Made by a program: the position numbers and the translations under genes. DNA of 64,000 nucleotides, taken from NCBI RefSeq assembly GCF_964204645.1, contig NW_027437460.1, positions 1-64,000 of the forward strand, read 5' to 3'. Of the stretch, positions 10,794 to 23,500 are shown one piece after another; position 1 is the stretch's first letter; each line of letters starts with the position of its first letter. The notes beneath the pieces are model-generated. The model was not told where the DNA came from. It searched no databases and was given only the letters and a program-made list of their open reading frames with translations. Source of the stretch: Tubulanus polymorphus (Eukaryota > Animalia > Nemertea).

Positions 10794-10809
10794 CCCCCCC
10801 CCCCCCCCC
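10794..10809. repeat. Poly-C tract (C16)
   Basis: 16 consecutive C. Confidence 0.9.
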
Positions 10810-11245
10810 AGTAGATTGTTTGATGAGAACCTAATCTAAAGTATCGCTTGTCCATGTTTTTGTAGACTACATTAAAGTGTGGATGGAGTAGACACTTGAA
10901 GATAATTAGACACCGTAGAATTGAGTGCAGGACACTTACATTTGTTTCGTTTATTCTTCTCGTTAGGACCTTGGCTGCTTCGGGAATCAGGTTCCGATTC
11001 GATGCGACAGAAGAGTAGTAGTACTGTAGGCCTGTGTACCATGGCATGACCGAGTACCGACAGCTGATATTTTATCGGTCGTAGCGCACTATTTTATCAT
11101 GATCCATAGCCATATTCCAACCTTGGTGCCTTGAGTGCGGTACAGTTATTCTTTTAAACGGACTTGGGCCATTTGTGATGTGAAATACTATATTTTATAC
11201 CAGATCCAGTCAGTTAAAGAAAATTCTCCGTCTTGTTTATCATGA

Positions 11246-11259
11246 CGGCCGCCATTTTG
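11246..11259 (-). promoter_or_regulatory. YY1-type motif, possible inward-facing promoter element of the transposon
   Basis: The minus strand reads CAAAATGGCGGCCG, the YY1 consensus. A CCAAT box (ACCAATCA) lies at 11283-11290. Confidence 0.4.
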
Positions 11260-11420
11260 ACTAGCGGTAATTGATGATTGACACCAATCAAATTTTTAAA
11301 ACTAATCTTCCAGCGATGTTGCTTTCAATTAATTTTATGTTTTATATGTTAATTATAGTCTTTAAATGGATTCTTTTATAAATATTATTTAAAATACATC
11401 GCAGAATAGATTTTAGATCC

Positions 11421-11555
11421 TTCAACGCGCGTATCGCGAGACCGCGCGGTGTTGTTTATTTAGAGTATTATGACGTCATAACAACATTCGCGCACCTAGA
11501 AAGTTCACGTGTTTGGTGTCAAGGTCGCTGAAAGTTGCGGCTCTGTACCTTCGTG
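11421..11555 (-). repeat. Right TIR plus degenerate subterminal inverted repeat
   Basis: TTCAACGCGCG (11421), ACCGCG (11441), TATTTAG (11457), ACGTCATAAC (11473), CAAGGTCGC (11520) and TIR GTACCTTCGTG (11545) are reverse-complement counterparts of the left-end motifs. Confidence 0.75.
11468..11481. promoter_or_regulatory. 14-bp perfect palindrome containing a consensus CRE/ATF site
   Basis: TTATGACGTCATAA, with core TGACGTCA. A partial counterpart, GTTATGACGT, lies at 8288-8297. Function is not demonstrated. Confidence 0.5.
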
Positions 11556-14500
11556 TAACCCACCAATTAAGATAGATTCATCATCTTTGGGACTATATTT
11601 AGCTAGAAAAATCTGTATCTTTCAACCCATCTACTCGAAATCAGTTCAGTATACCTTAACCTATCATTTAAGATCGAATCCATCATCTTCAGGAGCAAAA
11701 GTAGCTAGAAAATTCTTAATCTTTCCACCTATCTATTTCAAATCAGTTCAATACGCCAAAAACTATCTTTTCAGATTGAATCCATCACCTTCAGAAGCAA
11801 AAGAAGCCAGAAAATTCTGAATCTTTCAAACAGTCTATTGAAAATCAGTTCAGTACACCCTAACCCACCAATTAAGATAGAATTCATCATCTTTAGGACC
11901 ATATTTAGCTAGAAAAATCTGTATCTTTCAACCCATCTACTCGAAATCAGTTCAGTTTACCTTAACCTATCATTTCAGATCGAATTCATCATCTTCAGGA
12001 GCATTTAGTAGCCAGAAAATTCTTAATCTTTCCACCTATCTATTTCAAATCAGTTCAATACGCCTAAACCCATCTTTTCAGATTGAATCCATCATCTTCA
12101 GAAGCAAAAGCAGCCAGAAAATCCTGAATCTTTCAAACAGTCTATTGAAAATCAGTTCAGTACACCCTAACCCACCAATTAAGATAGAATTCATCATCTT
12201 TAGGACCATATTTAGCTAGAAAAATCTGTATCTTTCAACCGATCTACTCGAAATCAGTTCACTTTACCTTAACCAATCATTTCAGATCGAATCCATCATC
12301 TTCAGGAGCAAAAGTAGCTAGAAAATTCTTAATCTTTCCACCTATCTATTTGAAATCAGTTCAATACGCCTAAACCCATCTTTTCAGATTGAATCCATCA
12401 TCTTCAGAAGCAAAAGCAGCCAGAAAATTCTGAATCTTTCAAACAGTCTATTGAAAATCAGTTCAGTACACCCTAACCCACCAATTAAGATAGAATTCAT
12501 CATCTTTAGGACCATATTTAGCTAGAAAAATCTGTATCTTTCAACCGATCTACTCGAAATCAGTTCAATTTACCTTAACCAATCATTTCAGATCGAATCC
12601 ATCATCTTCAGGAGCAAAAGTAGCTAGAAAATTCTTAATCTTTCCACCTATCTATTTGAAATCAGTTCAATACGCCTAAACCCATCTTTTCAGATTGAAT
12701 CCATCATCTTCAGAAGCAAAAGCAGCCAGAAAATTCTGAATCTTTCAAACAGTCTATTGAAAATCAGTTCAGTACACCCTAACCCACCAATTAAGATAGA
12801 TTCATCATCTTTAGGACCATATTTAGCTAGAAAAATCTGTATCTTTCAACCCATCTACTCGAAATCAGTTCAGTTTACCTTAACCTATCATTTGAGATCG
12901 AATCCATCATCTTCAGGAGCAAAAAGTAGCTAGAAAATTCTTAATCTTTCCACCTATCTATTTCAAATCAGTTCAATACGCCTAAACCCATCTTTTCAGA
13001 TTGAAAGCATCATCTTCAGAAGCAAAAGCAGCCAGAAAATTCTGAATCTTTCAAACAGTCTATTGAAAATCAGTTCAGTACACCCTAACCCACCAATTAA
13101 GATAGAATTCATCATCTTTAGGACCATATTTAGCTAGAAAAATCTGTATCTTTCAACCCATCTACTCGAAATCAGTTCAGATTACCTTAACCTATCATTT
13201 GAGATCGAATCCATCATCTTCAGGAGCAAAAGTAGCTAGAAAATTCTTAATCTTTCCACCTATCTATTTCAAATCAGTTCAATACGCCAAAAACTATCTT
13301 TTCAGATTGAATCCATCACCTTCAGAAGCAAAAGAAGCCAGAAAATTCTGAATCTTTCAAACAGTCTATTGAAAATCAGTTCAGTACACCCTAACCCACC
13401 AATTAAGATAGAATTCATCATCTTTAGGACCATATTTAGCTAGAAAAATCTGTATCTTTCAACCCATCTACTCGAAATCAGTTCAGTTTACCTTAACCTA
13501 TCATTCCAGATCGAATTCATCATCTTCAGGAGCATTTAGTAGCCAGAAAATTCTTAATCTTTCCACCTATCTATTTCAAATCAGTTCAATACGCCTAAAC
13601 CCATCTTTTCAGATTGAATCCATCATCTTCAGAAGCAAAAGCAGCCAGAAAATTCTGAATCTTTCAAACAGTCTATTGAAAATCAGTTCAGTACACCCTA
13701 ACACACCAATTAAGATAGATTCATCATCTTTAGGACCATATTTAGCTAGAAAAATCTGTATCTTTCAACCCATCTACTCGAAATCAGTTCAGTTTACCTT
13801 AACCTATCATTTCAGATCGAATCCATCATCTTCAGGAGCATTTAGTAGCCAGAAAATTCTTAATCTTTCCACCTATCTATTTCAAATCAGTTCAATACGC
13901 CTAAACCCATCTTTTCGGATTGAAACCATCATCTTCAGAAGCAAAAGCAGCCAGAAAATTCTGAATCTTTCAAACAGTCTATTGAAAATCAGTTCAGTAC
14001 ACCCTAACCCACCAATTAAGATAGAATTCATCATCTTTAGGACCATATTTAGCTAGAAAAATCTGTATCTTTCAACCGATCTACTCGAAATCAGTTCAGT
14101 TTACCTTAACCTATCATTTCAGATCGAATCCATCATCTTCAGGAGCAAAAGTAGCTAGAAAATTCTTAATCTTTCCACCTATCTATTTGAAGTCAGTTCA
14201 ATACGCCTTAACCCATCTTTTCAGATTGAAACCATCATCTTCAGAAGCAAAAGCAGCCAGAAAATTCTGAATCTTTCAAACAGTCTATTGAAAATCAGTT
14301 CAGTACACCCTAACCCACCAATTAAGATAGAATTCATCATCTTTAGGACCATATTTAGCTAGAAAAATCTGTATCTTTCAACCCATCTACTCGAAATCAG
14401 TTTAGTTTACCTTAACCTATCATTTGAGATCGAATCCATCATCTTCAGGAGCATTTAGTAGCCAGAAAATTCTTAATCTTTCCACCTATCTATTTCAAAT

Positions 14501-17500
14501 CAGTTCAATACGCCTAAACCCATCTTTTCAGATTGAATCCATCATCTTCAGAAGCAAAAGCAGCCAGAAAATTCTGAATCTTTCAAACAGTCTATTGAAA
14601 ATCAGTTCAGTACACCCTAACCCACCAATTAAGATAGAATTCATCATCTTTAGGACCATATTTAGCTAGAAAAATCTGTATCTTTCAACCCATCTACTCG
14701 AAATCAGTTCAGTTTACCTTAACCTATCATTTCAGATCGAATCTATCATCTTCAGGAGCAAAAGTAGCTAGAAAATTCTTAATCTTTCCACCTATCTATT
14801 TCAAATCAGTTCAATACGCCTAAACCCATCTTTTCAGATTGAAACCACCATCTTCAGAAGCAAAAGCAGCCAGAAAATTCTGAATCTTTCAAACAGTCTA
14901 TTGAAAATCAGTTCAGTACACCCTAACCCACCAATTAAGATAGAATTCATCATCTTTAGGACCATATTTAGCTAGAAAAATCTGTATCTTTCAACCCATC
15001 TACTCGAAATCAGTTCAGTTTACCTTAACCTATCATTTCAGATCGAATCTATCATCATCAGGAGCAAAAGTAGCTAGAAAATTCTTAATCTTTCCACCTA
15101 TCTATTTCAAATCAGTTCAATACGCCTAAACCCATCTTTTCAGATTGAAACCACCATCTTCAGAAGCAAAAGCAGCCAGAAAATTCTGAATCTTTCAAAC
15201 AGTCTATTGAAAATCAGTTCAGTACACCCTAACCCACCAATTAAGATAGAATTCATCATCTTTAGGACCATATTTAGCTAGAAAAATCTGTATCTTTCAA
15301 CCAATCTACTCGAAATCAGTTCAGTTTACCTTAACCTATCATTTCAGATCGAATCCATCATCTTCAGGAGCATTTAATAGCCAGAAAATTCTTAATCTTT
15401 CCACCTATCTATTTCAAATCAGTTCAATACGCCTAAACCCATCTTTTCAGATTGAATCCACCATCTTCAGAAGCAAAAGCAGCCAGAAAATCCTGAATCT
15501 TTCAAACAGTCTATTGAAAATCAGTTCAGTACACCCTAACCCACCAATTAAGATAGAATTCATCATCTTTAGGACCATATTTAGCTAGAAAAATCTGTAT
15601 CTTTCAACCGATCTACTCGAAATCAGTTCACTTTACCTTAACCAATCATTTCAGATCGAATCCATCATCTTCAGGAGCAAAAGTAGCCAGAAAATTCTTA
15701 ATCTTTCCACCTATCTATTTGAAATCAGTTCAATACGCCTAAACCCATCTTTTCAGATTGAATCCATCATCTTCAGAAGCAAAAGCAGCCAGAAAATTCT
15801 GAATCTTTCAAACAGTCTATTGAAAATCAGTTCAGTACTCCCTAACCCACCAATTAAGATAGATTCATCATCTTTGGGACTATATTTAGCTAGAAAAATC
15901 TGTATCTTTCAACCCATCTACTCGAAATCAGTTCAGTATACCTTAACCTATCATTTGAGATCGAATCCATCATCTTCAGGAGCAAAAGTAGCTAGAAAAT
16001 TCTTAATCTTTCCACCTATCTATTTCAAATCAGTTCAATACGCCTAAACCCATCTTTTCAGATTGAATCCATCATCTTCAGAAGCAAAAGCAGCCAGAAA
16101 ATTCTGAATCTTTCAAACAGTCTATTGAAAATCAGTTCAGTACACCCTAACCCACCAATTAAGATAGAATTCATCATCTTTAGGACCATATTTAGCTAGA
16201 AAAATCTGTATCTTTCAACCGATCTACTCGAAATCAGTTCAATTTACCTTAACCAATCATTTCAGATCGAATCCATCATCTTCAGGAGCAAAAGTAGCTA
16301 GAAAATTCTTAATCTTTCCACCTATCTATTTGAAATCAGTTCAATACGCCTAAACCCATCTTTTCAGATTGAATCCATCATCTTCAGAAGCAAAAGCAGC
16401 CAGAAAATTCTGAATCTTTCAAACAGTCTATTGAAAATCAGTTCAGTACACCCTAACCCACCAATTAAGATAGATTCATCATCTTTAGGACCATATTTAG
16501 CTAGAAAAATCTGTATCTTTCAACCCATCTACTCGAAATCAGTTCAGTTTACCTTAACCTATCATTTGAGATCGAATCCATCATCTTCAGGAGCAAAAAG
16601 TAGCTAGAAAATTCTTAATCTTTCCACCTATCTATTTCAAATCAGTTCAATACGCCTAAACCCATCTTTTCAGATTGAAAGCATCATCTTCAGAAGCAAA
16701 AGCAGCCAGAAAATTCTGAATCTTTCAAACAGTCTATTGAAAATCAGTTCAGTACACCCTAACCCACCAATTAAGATAGAATTCATCATCTTTAGGACCA
16801 TATTTAGCTAGAAAAATCTGTATCTTTCAACCCATCTACTCCAAATCAGTTCAGATTGAAAATCAGTTCAGTACACCCTAACCCACCAATTAAGATAGAA
16901 TTCATCATCTTTAGGACCATATTTAGCTAGAAAAATCTGTATCTTTCAACCAATCTACTCGAAATCAGTTCAGTTTACCTTAACCTATCATTTCAGATCG
17001 AATCCATCATCTTCAGGAGCATTTAGTAGCCAGAAAATTCTTAATCTTTCCACCTATCTATTTCAAATCAGTTCAATACGCCTAAACCCATCTTTTCAGA
17101 TTGAATCCACCATCTTCAGAAGCAAAAGCAGCCAGAAAATCCTGAATCTTTCAAACAGTCTATTGAAAATCAGTTCAGTACACCCTAACCCACCAATTAA
17201 GATAGAATTCATCATCTTTAGGACCATATTTAGCTAGAAAAATCTGTATCTTTCAACCGATATACTCGAAATCAGTTCAATTTACCTTAACCAATCATTT
17301 CAGATCGAATCCATCATCTTCAGGAGCAAAAGTAGCTAGAAAATTCTTAATCTTTCCACCTATCTATTTGAAATCAGTTCAATACGCCTAAACCCATCTT
17401 TTCAGATTGAATCCATCATCTTCAGAAGCAAAAGCAGCCAGAAAATTCTGAATCTTTCAAACAGTCTATTGAAAATCAGTTCAGTACACCCTAACCCACC

Positions 17501-20500
17501 AATTAAGATAGATTCATCATCTTTAGGACCATATTTAGCTAGAAAAATCTGTATCTTTCAACCCATCTACTCGAAATCAGTTCAGTTTACCTTAACCTAT
17601 CATTTGAGATCGAATCCATCATCTTCAGGAGCAAAAAGTAGCTAGAAAATTCTTAATCTTTCCACCTATCTATTTCAAATCAGTTCAATACGCCTAAACC
17701 CATCTTTTCAGATTGAAAGCATCATCTTCAGAAGCAAAAGCAGCCAGAAAATTCTGAATCTTTCAAACAGTCTATTGAAAATCAGTTCAGTACACCCTAA
17801 CCCACCAATTAAGATAGAATTCATCATCTTTAGGACCATATTTAGCTAGAAAAATCTGTATCTTTCAACCCATCTACTCGAAATCAGTTCAGATTACCTT
17901 AACCTATCATTTGAGATCGAATCCATCATCTTCAGGAGCATTGAGTAGCCAGAAAATTCTTAACCTTTCCACCTATCTATTTCAAATCAGTTCAATACGC
18001 CTAAACCCATCTTTTCAGATTGAATCCATCATCTTCAGAAGCAAAAGCAGCCAGAAAATCCTGAATCTTTCAAACAGTCTATTCAAAATCAGTTCAGTAC
18101 ACCCTAACACACCAATTAAGATAGAATTCATCATCTTTAGGACCATATTTAGCTAGAAAAATCTGTATCTTTCAACCCATCTACTCGAAATCAGTTCAGT
18201 TTACCTTAACCTATCATTTCAGATCGAATCCATCATCTTCAGGAGCATTTAGTAGCCAGAAAATTCTTAATCTTTCCACCTATCTATTTCAAATCAGTTC
18301 AATACGCCTAAACCCATCTTTTCGGATTGAAACCATCATCTTCAGAAGCAAAAGCAGCCAGAAAATTCTGAATCTTTCAAACAGTCTATTGAAAATCAGT
18401 TCAGTACACCCTAACCCACCAATTAAGATAGAATTCATCATCTTTAGGACCATATTTAGCTAGAAAAATCTGTATCTTTCAACCCATCTACTCGAAATCA
18501 GTTCAGTTTACCTTAACCTATCATTTCAGATCGAATCTATCATCTTCAGGAGCAAAAGTAGCTAGAAAATTCTTAATCTTTCCACCTATCTATTTCAAAT
18601 CAGTTCAATACGCCTAAACCCATCTTTTCAGATTGAAACCACCATCTTCAGAAGCAAAAGCAGCCAGAAAATTCTGAATCTTTCAAACAGTCTATTGAAA
18701 ATCAGTTCAGTACACCCTAACCCACCAATTAAGATAGAATTCATCATCTTTAGGACCATATTTAGCTAGAAAAATCTGTATCTTTCAACCCATCTACTCG
18801 AAATCAGTTCAGTTTACCTTAACCTATCATTTCAGATCGAATCTATCATCATCAGGAGCAAAAGTAGCTAGAAAATTCTTAATCTTTCCACCTATCTATT
18901 TCAAATCAGTTCAATACGCCTAAACCCATCTTTTCAGATTGAAACCACCATCTTCAGAAGCAAAAGCAGCCAGAAAATTCTGAATCTTTCAAACAGTCTA
19001 TTGAAAATAAGTTCAGTACACCCTAACCCACCAATTAAGATAGAATTCATCATCTTTAGGACCATATTTAGCTAGAAAAATCTGTATCTTTCAACCAATC
19101 TACTCGAAATCAGTTCAGTTTACCTTAACCTATCATTTCAGATCGAATCCATCATCTTCAGGAGCATTTAGTAGCCAGAAAATTCTTAATCTTTCCACCT
19201 ATCTATTTCAAATCAGTTCAATACGCCTAAACCCATCTTTTCAGATTGAATCCACCATCTTCAGAAGCAAAAGCAGCCAGAAAATCCTGAATCTTTCAAA
19301 CAGTCTATTGAAAATCAGTTCAGTACACCCTAACCCACCAATTAAGATAGAATTCATCATCTTTAGGACCATATTTAGCTAGAAAAATCTGTATCTTTCA
19401 ACCGATCTACTCGAAATCAGTTCACTTTACCTTAACCAATCATTTCAGATCGAATCCATCATCTTCAGGAGCAAAAGTAGCCAGAAAATTCTTAATCTTT
19501 CCACCTATCTATTTGAAATCAGTTCAATACGCCTAAACCCATCTTTTCAGATTGAATCCATCATCTTCAGAAGCAAAAGCAGCCAGAAAATTCTGAATCT
19601 TTCAAACAGTCTATTGAAAATCAGTTCAGTACTCCCTAACCCACCAATTAAGATAGATTCATCATCTTTGGGACTATATTTAGCTAGAAAAATCTGTATC
19701 TTTCAACCCATCTACTCGAAATCAGTTCAGTATACCTTAACCTATCATTTGAGATCGAATCCATCATCTTCAGGAGCAAAAGTAGCTAGAAAATTCTTAA
19801 TCTTTCCACCTATCTATTTCAAATCAGTTCAATACGCCAAAAACTATCTTTTCAGATTGAATCCATCACCTTCAGAAGCAAAAGAAGCCAGAAAATTCTG
19901 AATCTTTCAAACAGTCTATTGAAAATCAGTTCAGTACACCCTAACCCACCAATTAAGATAGAATTCATCATCTTTAGGACCATATTTAGCTAGAAAAATC
20001 TGTATCTTTCAACCCATCTACTCGAAATCAGTTCAGTTTACCTTAACCTATCATTTCAGATCGAATTTATCATCTTCAGGAGCATTTAGTAGCCAGAAAA
20101 TTCTTAATCTTTCCACCTATCTATTTCAAATCAGTTCAATACGCCTAAACCCATCTTTTCAGATTGAATCCATCATCTTCAGAAGCAAAAGCAGCCAGAA
20201 AATCCTGAATCTTTCAAACAGTCTATTGAAAATCAGTTCAGTACACCCTAACCCACCAATTAAGATAGAATTCATCATCTTTAGGACCATATTTAGCTAG
20301 AAAAATCTGTATCTTTCAACCGATCTACTCGAAATCAGTTCACTTTACCTTAACCAATCATTTCAGATCGAATCCATCATCTTCAGGAGCAAAAGTAGCT
20401 AGAAAATTCTTAATCTTTCCACCTATCTATTTGAAATCAGTTCAATACGCCTAAACCCATCTTTTCAGATTGAATCCATCATCTTCAGAAGCAAAAGCAG

Positions 20501-23500
20501 CCAGAAAATTCTGAATCTTTCAAACAGTCTATTCAAAATCAGTTCAGTACACCCTAACACACCAATTAAGATAGAATTCATCATCTTTAGGACCATATTT
20601 AGCTAGAAAAATCTGTATCTTTCAACCCATCTACTCGAAATCAGTTCAGTTTACCTTAACCTATCATTTCAGATCGAATCCATCATCTTCAGGAGCATTT
20701 AGTAGCCAGAAAATTCTTAATCTTTCCACCTATCTATTTCAAATCAGTTCAATACGCCTAAACCCATCTTTTCGGATTGAAACCATCATCTTCAGAAGCA
20801 AAAGCAGCCAGAAAATTCTGAATCTTTCAAACAGTCTATTGAAAATCAGTTCAGTACACCCTAACCCACCAATTAAGATAGAATTCATCATCTTTAGGAC
20901 CATATTTAGCTAGAAAAATCTGTATCTTTCAACCCATCTACTCGAAATCAGTTCAGTTTACCTTAACCTATCATTCCAGATCGAATTCATCATCTTCAGG
21001 AGCATTTAGTAGCCAGAAAATTCTTAATCTTTCCACCTATCTATTTCAAATCAGTTCAATACGCCTAAACCCATCTTTTCAGATTGAATCCATCATCTTC
21101 AGAAGCAAAAGCAGCCAGAAAATTCTGAATCTTTCAAACAGTCTATTGAAAATCAGTTCAGTACACCCTAACACACCAATTAAGATAGATTCATCATCTT
21201 TAGGACCATATTTAGCTAGAAAAATCTGTATCTTTCAACCCATCTACTCGAAATCAGTTCAGTTTACCTTAACCTATCATTTCAGATCGAATCCATCATC
21301 TTCAGGAGCATTTAGTAGCCAGAAAATTCTTAATCTTTCCACCTATCTATTTCAAATCAGTTCAATACGCCTAAACCCATCTTTTCGGATTGAAACCATC
21401 ATCTTCAGAAGCAAAAGCAGCCAGAAAATTCTGAATCTTTCAAACAGTCTATTGAAAATCAGTTCAGTACACCCTAACCCACCAATTAAGATAGAATTCA
21501 TCATCTTTAGGACCATATTTAGCTAGAAAAATCTGTATCTTTCAACCGATCTACTCGAAATCAGTTCAGTTTACCTTAACCTATCATTTCAGATCGAATC
21601 CATCATCTTCAGGAGCAAAAGTAGCTAGAAAATTCTTAATCTTTCCACCTATCTATTTGAAGTCAGTTCAATACGCCTTAACCCATCTTTTCAGATTGAA
21701 ACCATCATCTTCAGAAGCAAAAGCAGCCAGAAAATTCTGAATCTTTCAAACAGTCTATTGAAAATCAGTTCAGTACACCCTAACCCACCAATTAAGATAG
21801 AATTCATCATCTTTAGGACCATATTTAGCTAGAAAAATCTGTATCTTTCAACCCATCTACTCGAAATCAGTTTAGTTTACCTTAACCTATCATTTGAGAT
21901 CGAATCCATCATCTTCAGGAGCATTTAGTAGCCAGAAAATTCTTAATCTTTCCACCTATCTATTTCAAATCAGTTCAATACGCCTAAACCCATCTTTTCA
22001 GATTGAATCCATCATCTTCAGAAGCAAAAGCAGCCAGAAAATTCTGAATCTTTCAAACAGTCTATTGAAAATCAGTTCAGTACACCCTAACCCACCAATT
22101 AAGATAGAATTCATCATCTTTAGGACCATATTTAGCTAGAAAAATCTGTATCTTTCAACCCATCTACTCGAAATCAGTTCAGTTTACCTTAACCTATCAT
22201 TTCAGATCGAATCTATCATCTTCAGGAGCAAAAGTAGCTAGAAAATTCTTAATCTTTCCACCTATCTATTTCAAATCAGTTCAATACGCCTAAACCCATC
22301 TTTTCAGATTGAAACCACCATCTTCAGAAGCAAAAGCAGCCAGAAAATTCTGAATCTTTCAAACAGTCTATTGAAAATCAGTTCAGTACACCCTAACCCA
22401 CCAATTAAGATAGAATTCATCATCTTTAGGACCATATTTAGCTAGAAAAATCTGTATCTTTCAACCCATCTACTCGAAATCAGTTCAGTTTACCTTAACC
22501 TATCATTTCAGATCGAATCCATCATCTTCAGGAGCATTTAGTAGCCAGAAAATTCTTAATCTTTCCACCTATCTATTTCAAATCAGTTCAATACGCCTAA
22601 ACCCATCTTTTCAGATTGAATCCACCATCTTCAGAAGCAAAAGCAGCCAGAAAATCCTGAATCTTTCAAACAGTCTATTGAAAATCAGTTCAGTACACCC
22701 TAACCCACCAATTAAGATAGAATTCATCATCTTTAGGACCATATTTAGCTAGAAAAATCTGTATCTTTCAACCGATCTACTCGAAATCAGTTCACTTTAC
22801 CTTAACCAATCATTTCAGATCGAATCCATCATCTTCAGGAGCAAAAGTAGCCAGAAAATTCTTAATCTTTCCACCTATCTATTTGAAATCAGTTCAATAC
22901 GCCTAAACCCATCTTTTCAGATTGAATCCATCATCTTCAGAAGCAAAAGCAGCCAGAAAATTCTGAATCTTTCAAACAGTCTATTGAAAATCAGTTCAGT
23001 ACTCCCTAACCCACCAATTAAGATAGATTCATCATCTTTGGGACTATATTTAGCTAGAAAAATCTGTATCTTTCAACCCATCTACTCGAAATCAGTTCAG
23101 TATACCTTAACCTATCATTTGAGATCGAATCCATCATCTTCAGGAGCAAAAGTAGCTAGAAAATTCTTAATCTTTCCACCTATCTATTTCAAATCAGTTC
23201 AATACGCCAAAAACTATCTTTTCAGATTGAATCCATCACCTTCAGAAGCAAAAGAAGCCAGAAAATTCTGAATCTTTCAAACAGTCTATTGAAAATCAGT
23301 TCAGTACACCCTAACCCACCAATTAAGATAGAATTCATCATCTTTAGGACCATATTTAGCTAGAAAAATCTGTATCTTTCAACCCATCTACTCGAAATCA
23401 GTTCAGTTTACCTTAACCTATCATTTCAGATCGAATTCATCATCTTCAGGAGCATTTAGTAGCCAGAAAATTCTTAATCTTTCCACCTATCTATTTCAAA

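Larger units (their letters stand above)
8248..11555. mobile_element. 3,308-bp cut-and-paste DNA transposon, probably a non-autonomous Chapaev (CMC superfamily) element
   Basis: Termini CACGACGGTAC (8248-8258) and GTACCTTCGTG (11545-11555) form an 11-bp TIR with 1 mismatch. A 4-bp TSD, TAAC, lies at 8244-8247 and 11556-11559. Empty-site monomers of the same haplotype (e.g. 19630-19680) confirm the duplication. CAC..GTG ends with a 4-bp TSD are the Chapaev hallmark (Transib gives 5 bp; piggyBac gives TTAA). There is no long ORF. The element is well supported; the superfamily call is less certain. Confidence 0.88.

Noticed and set aside
8847-11047. Short ORFs 8847-9044, 9119-9379 and 10790-11047 as standalone genes
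   Set aside because: All are under 90 aa with no recognisable motifs, and one runs through a donor site and a homopolymer tract.
8248-11555. ProtoRAG/Transib or piggyBac assignment
   Set aside because: The ends read CACGAC/CACGAA rather than CACAGTG-like, the symmetric parse gives a 4-bp non-TTAA TSD, and no RAG1 core, RAG2 kelch or DDD/E transposase ORF is visible.
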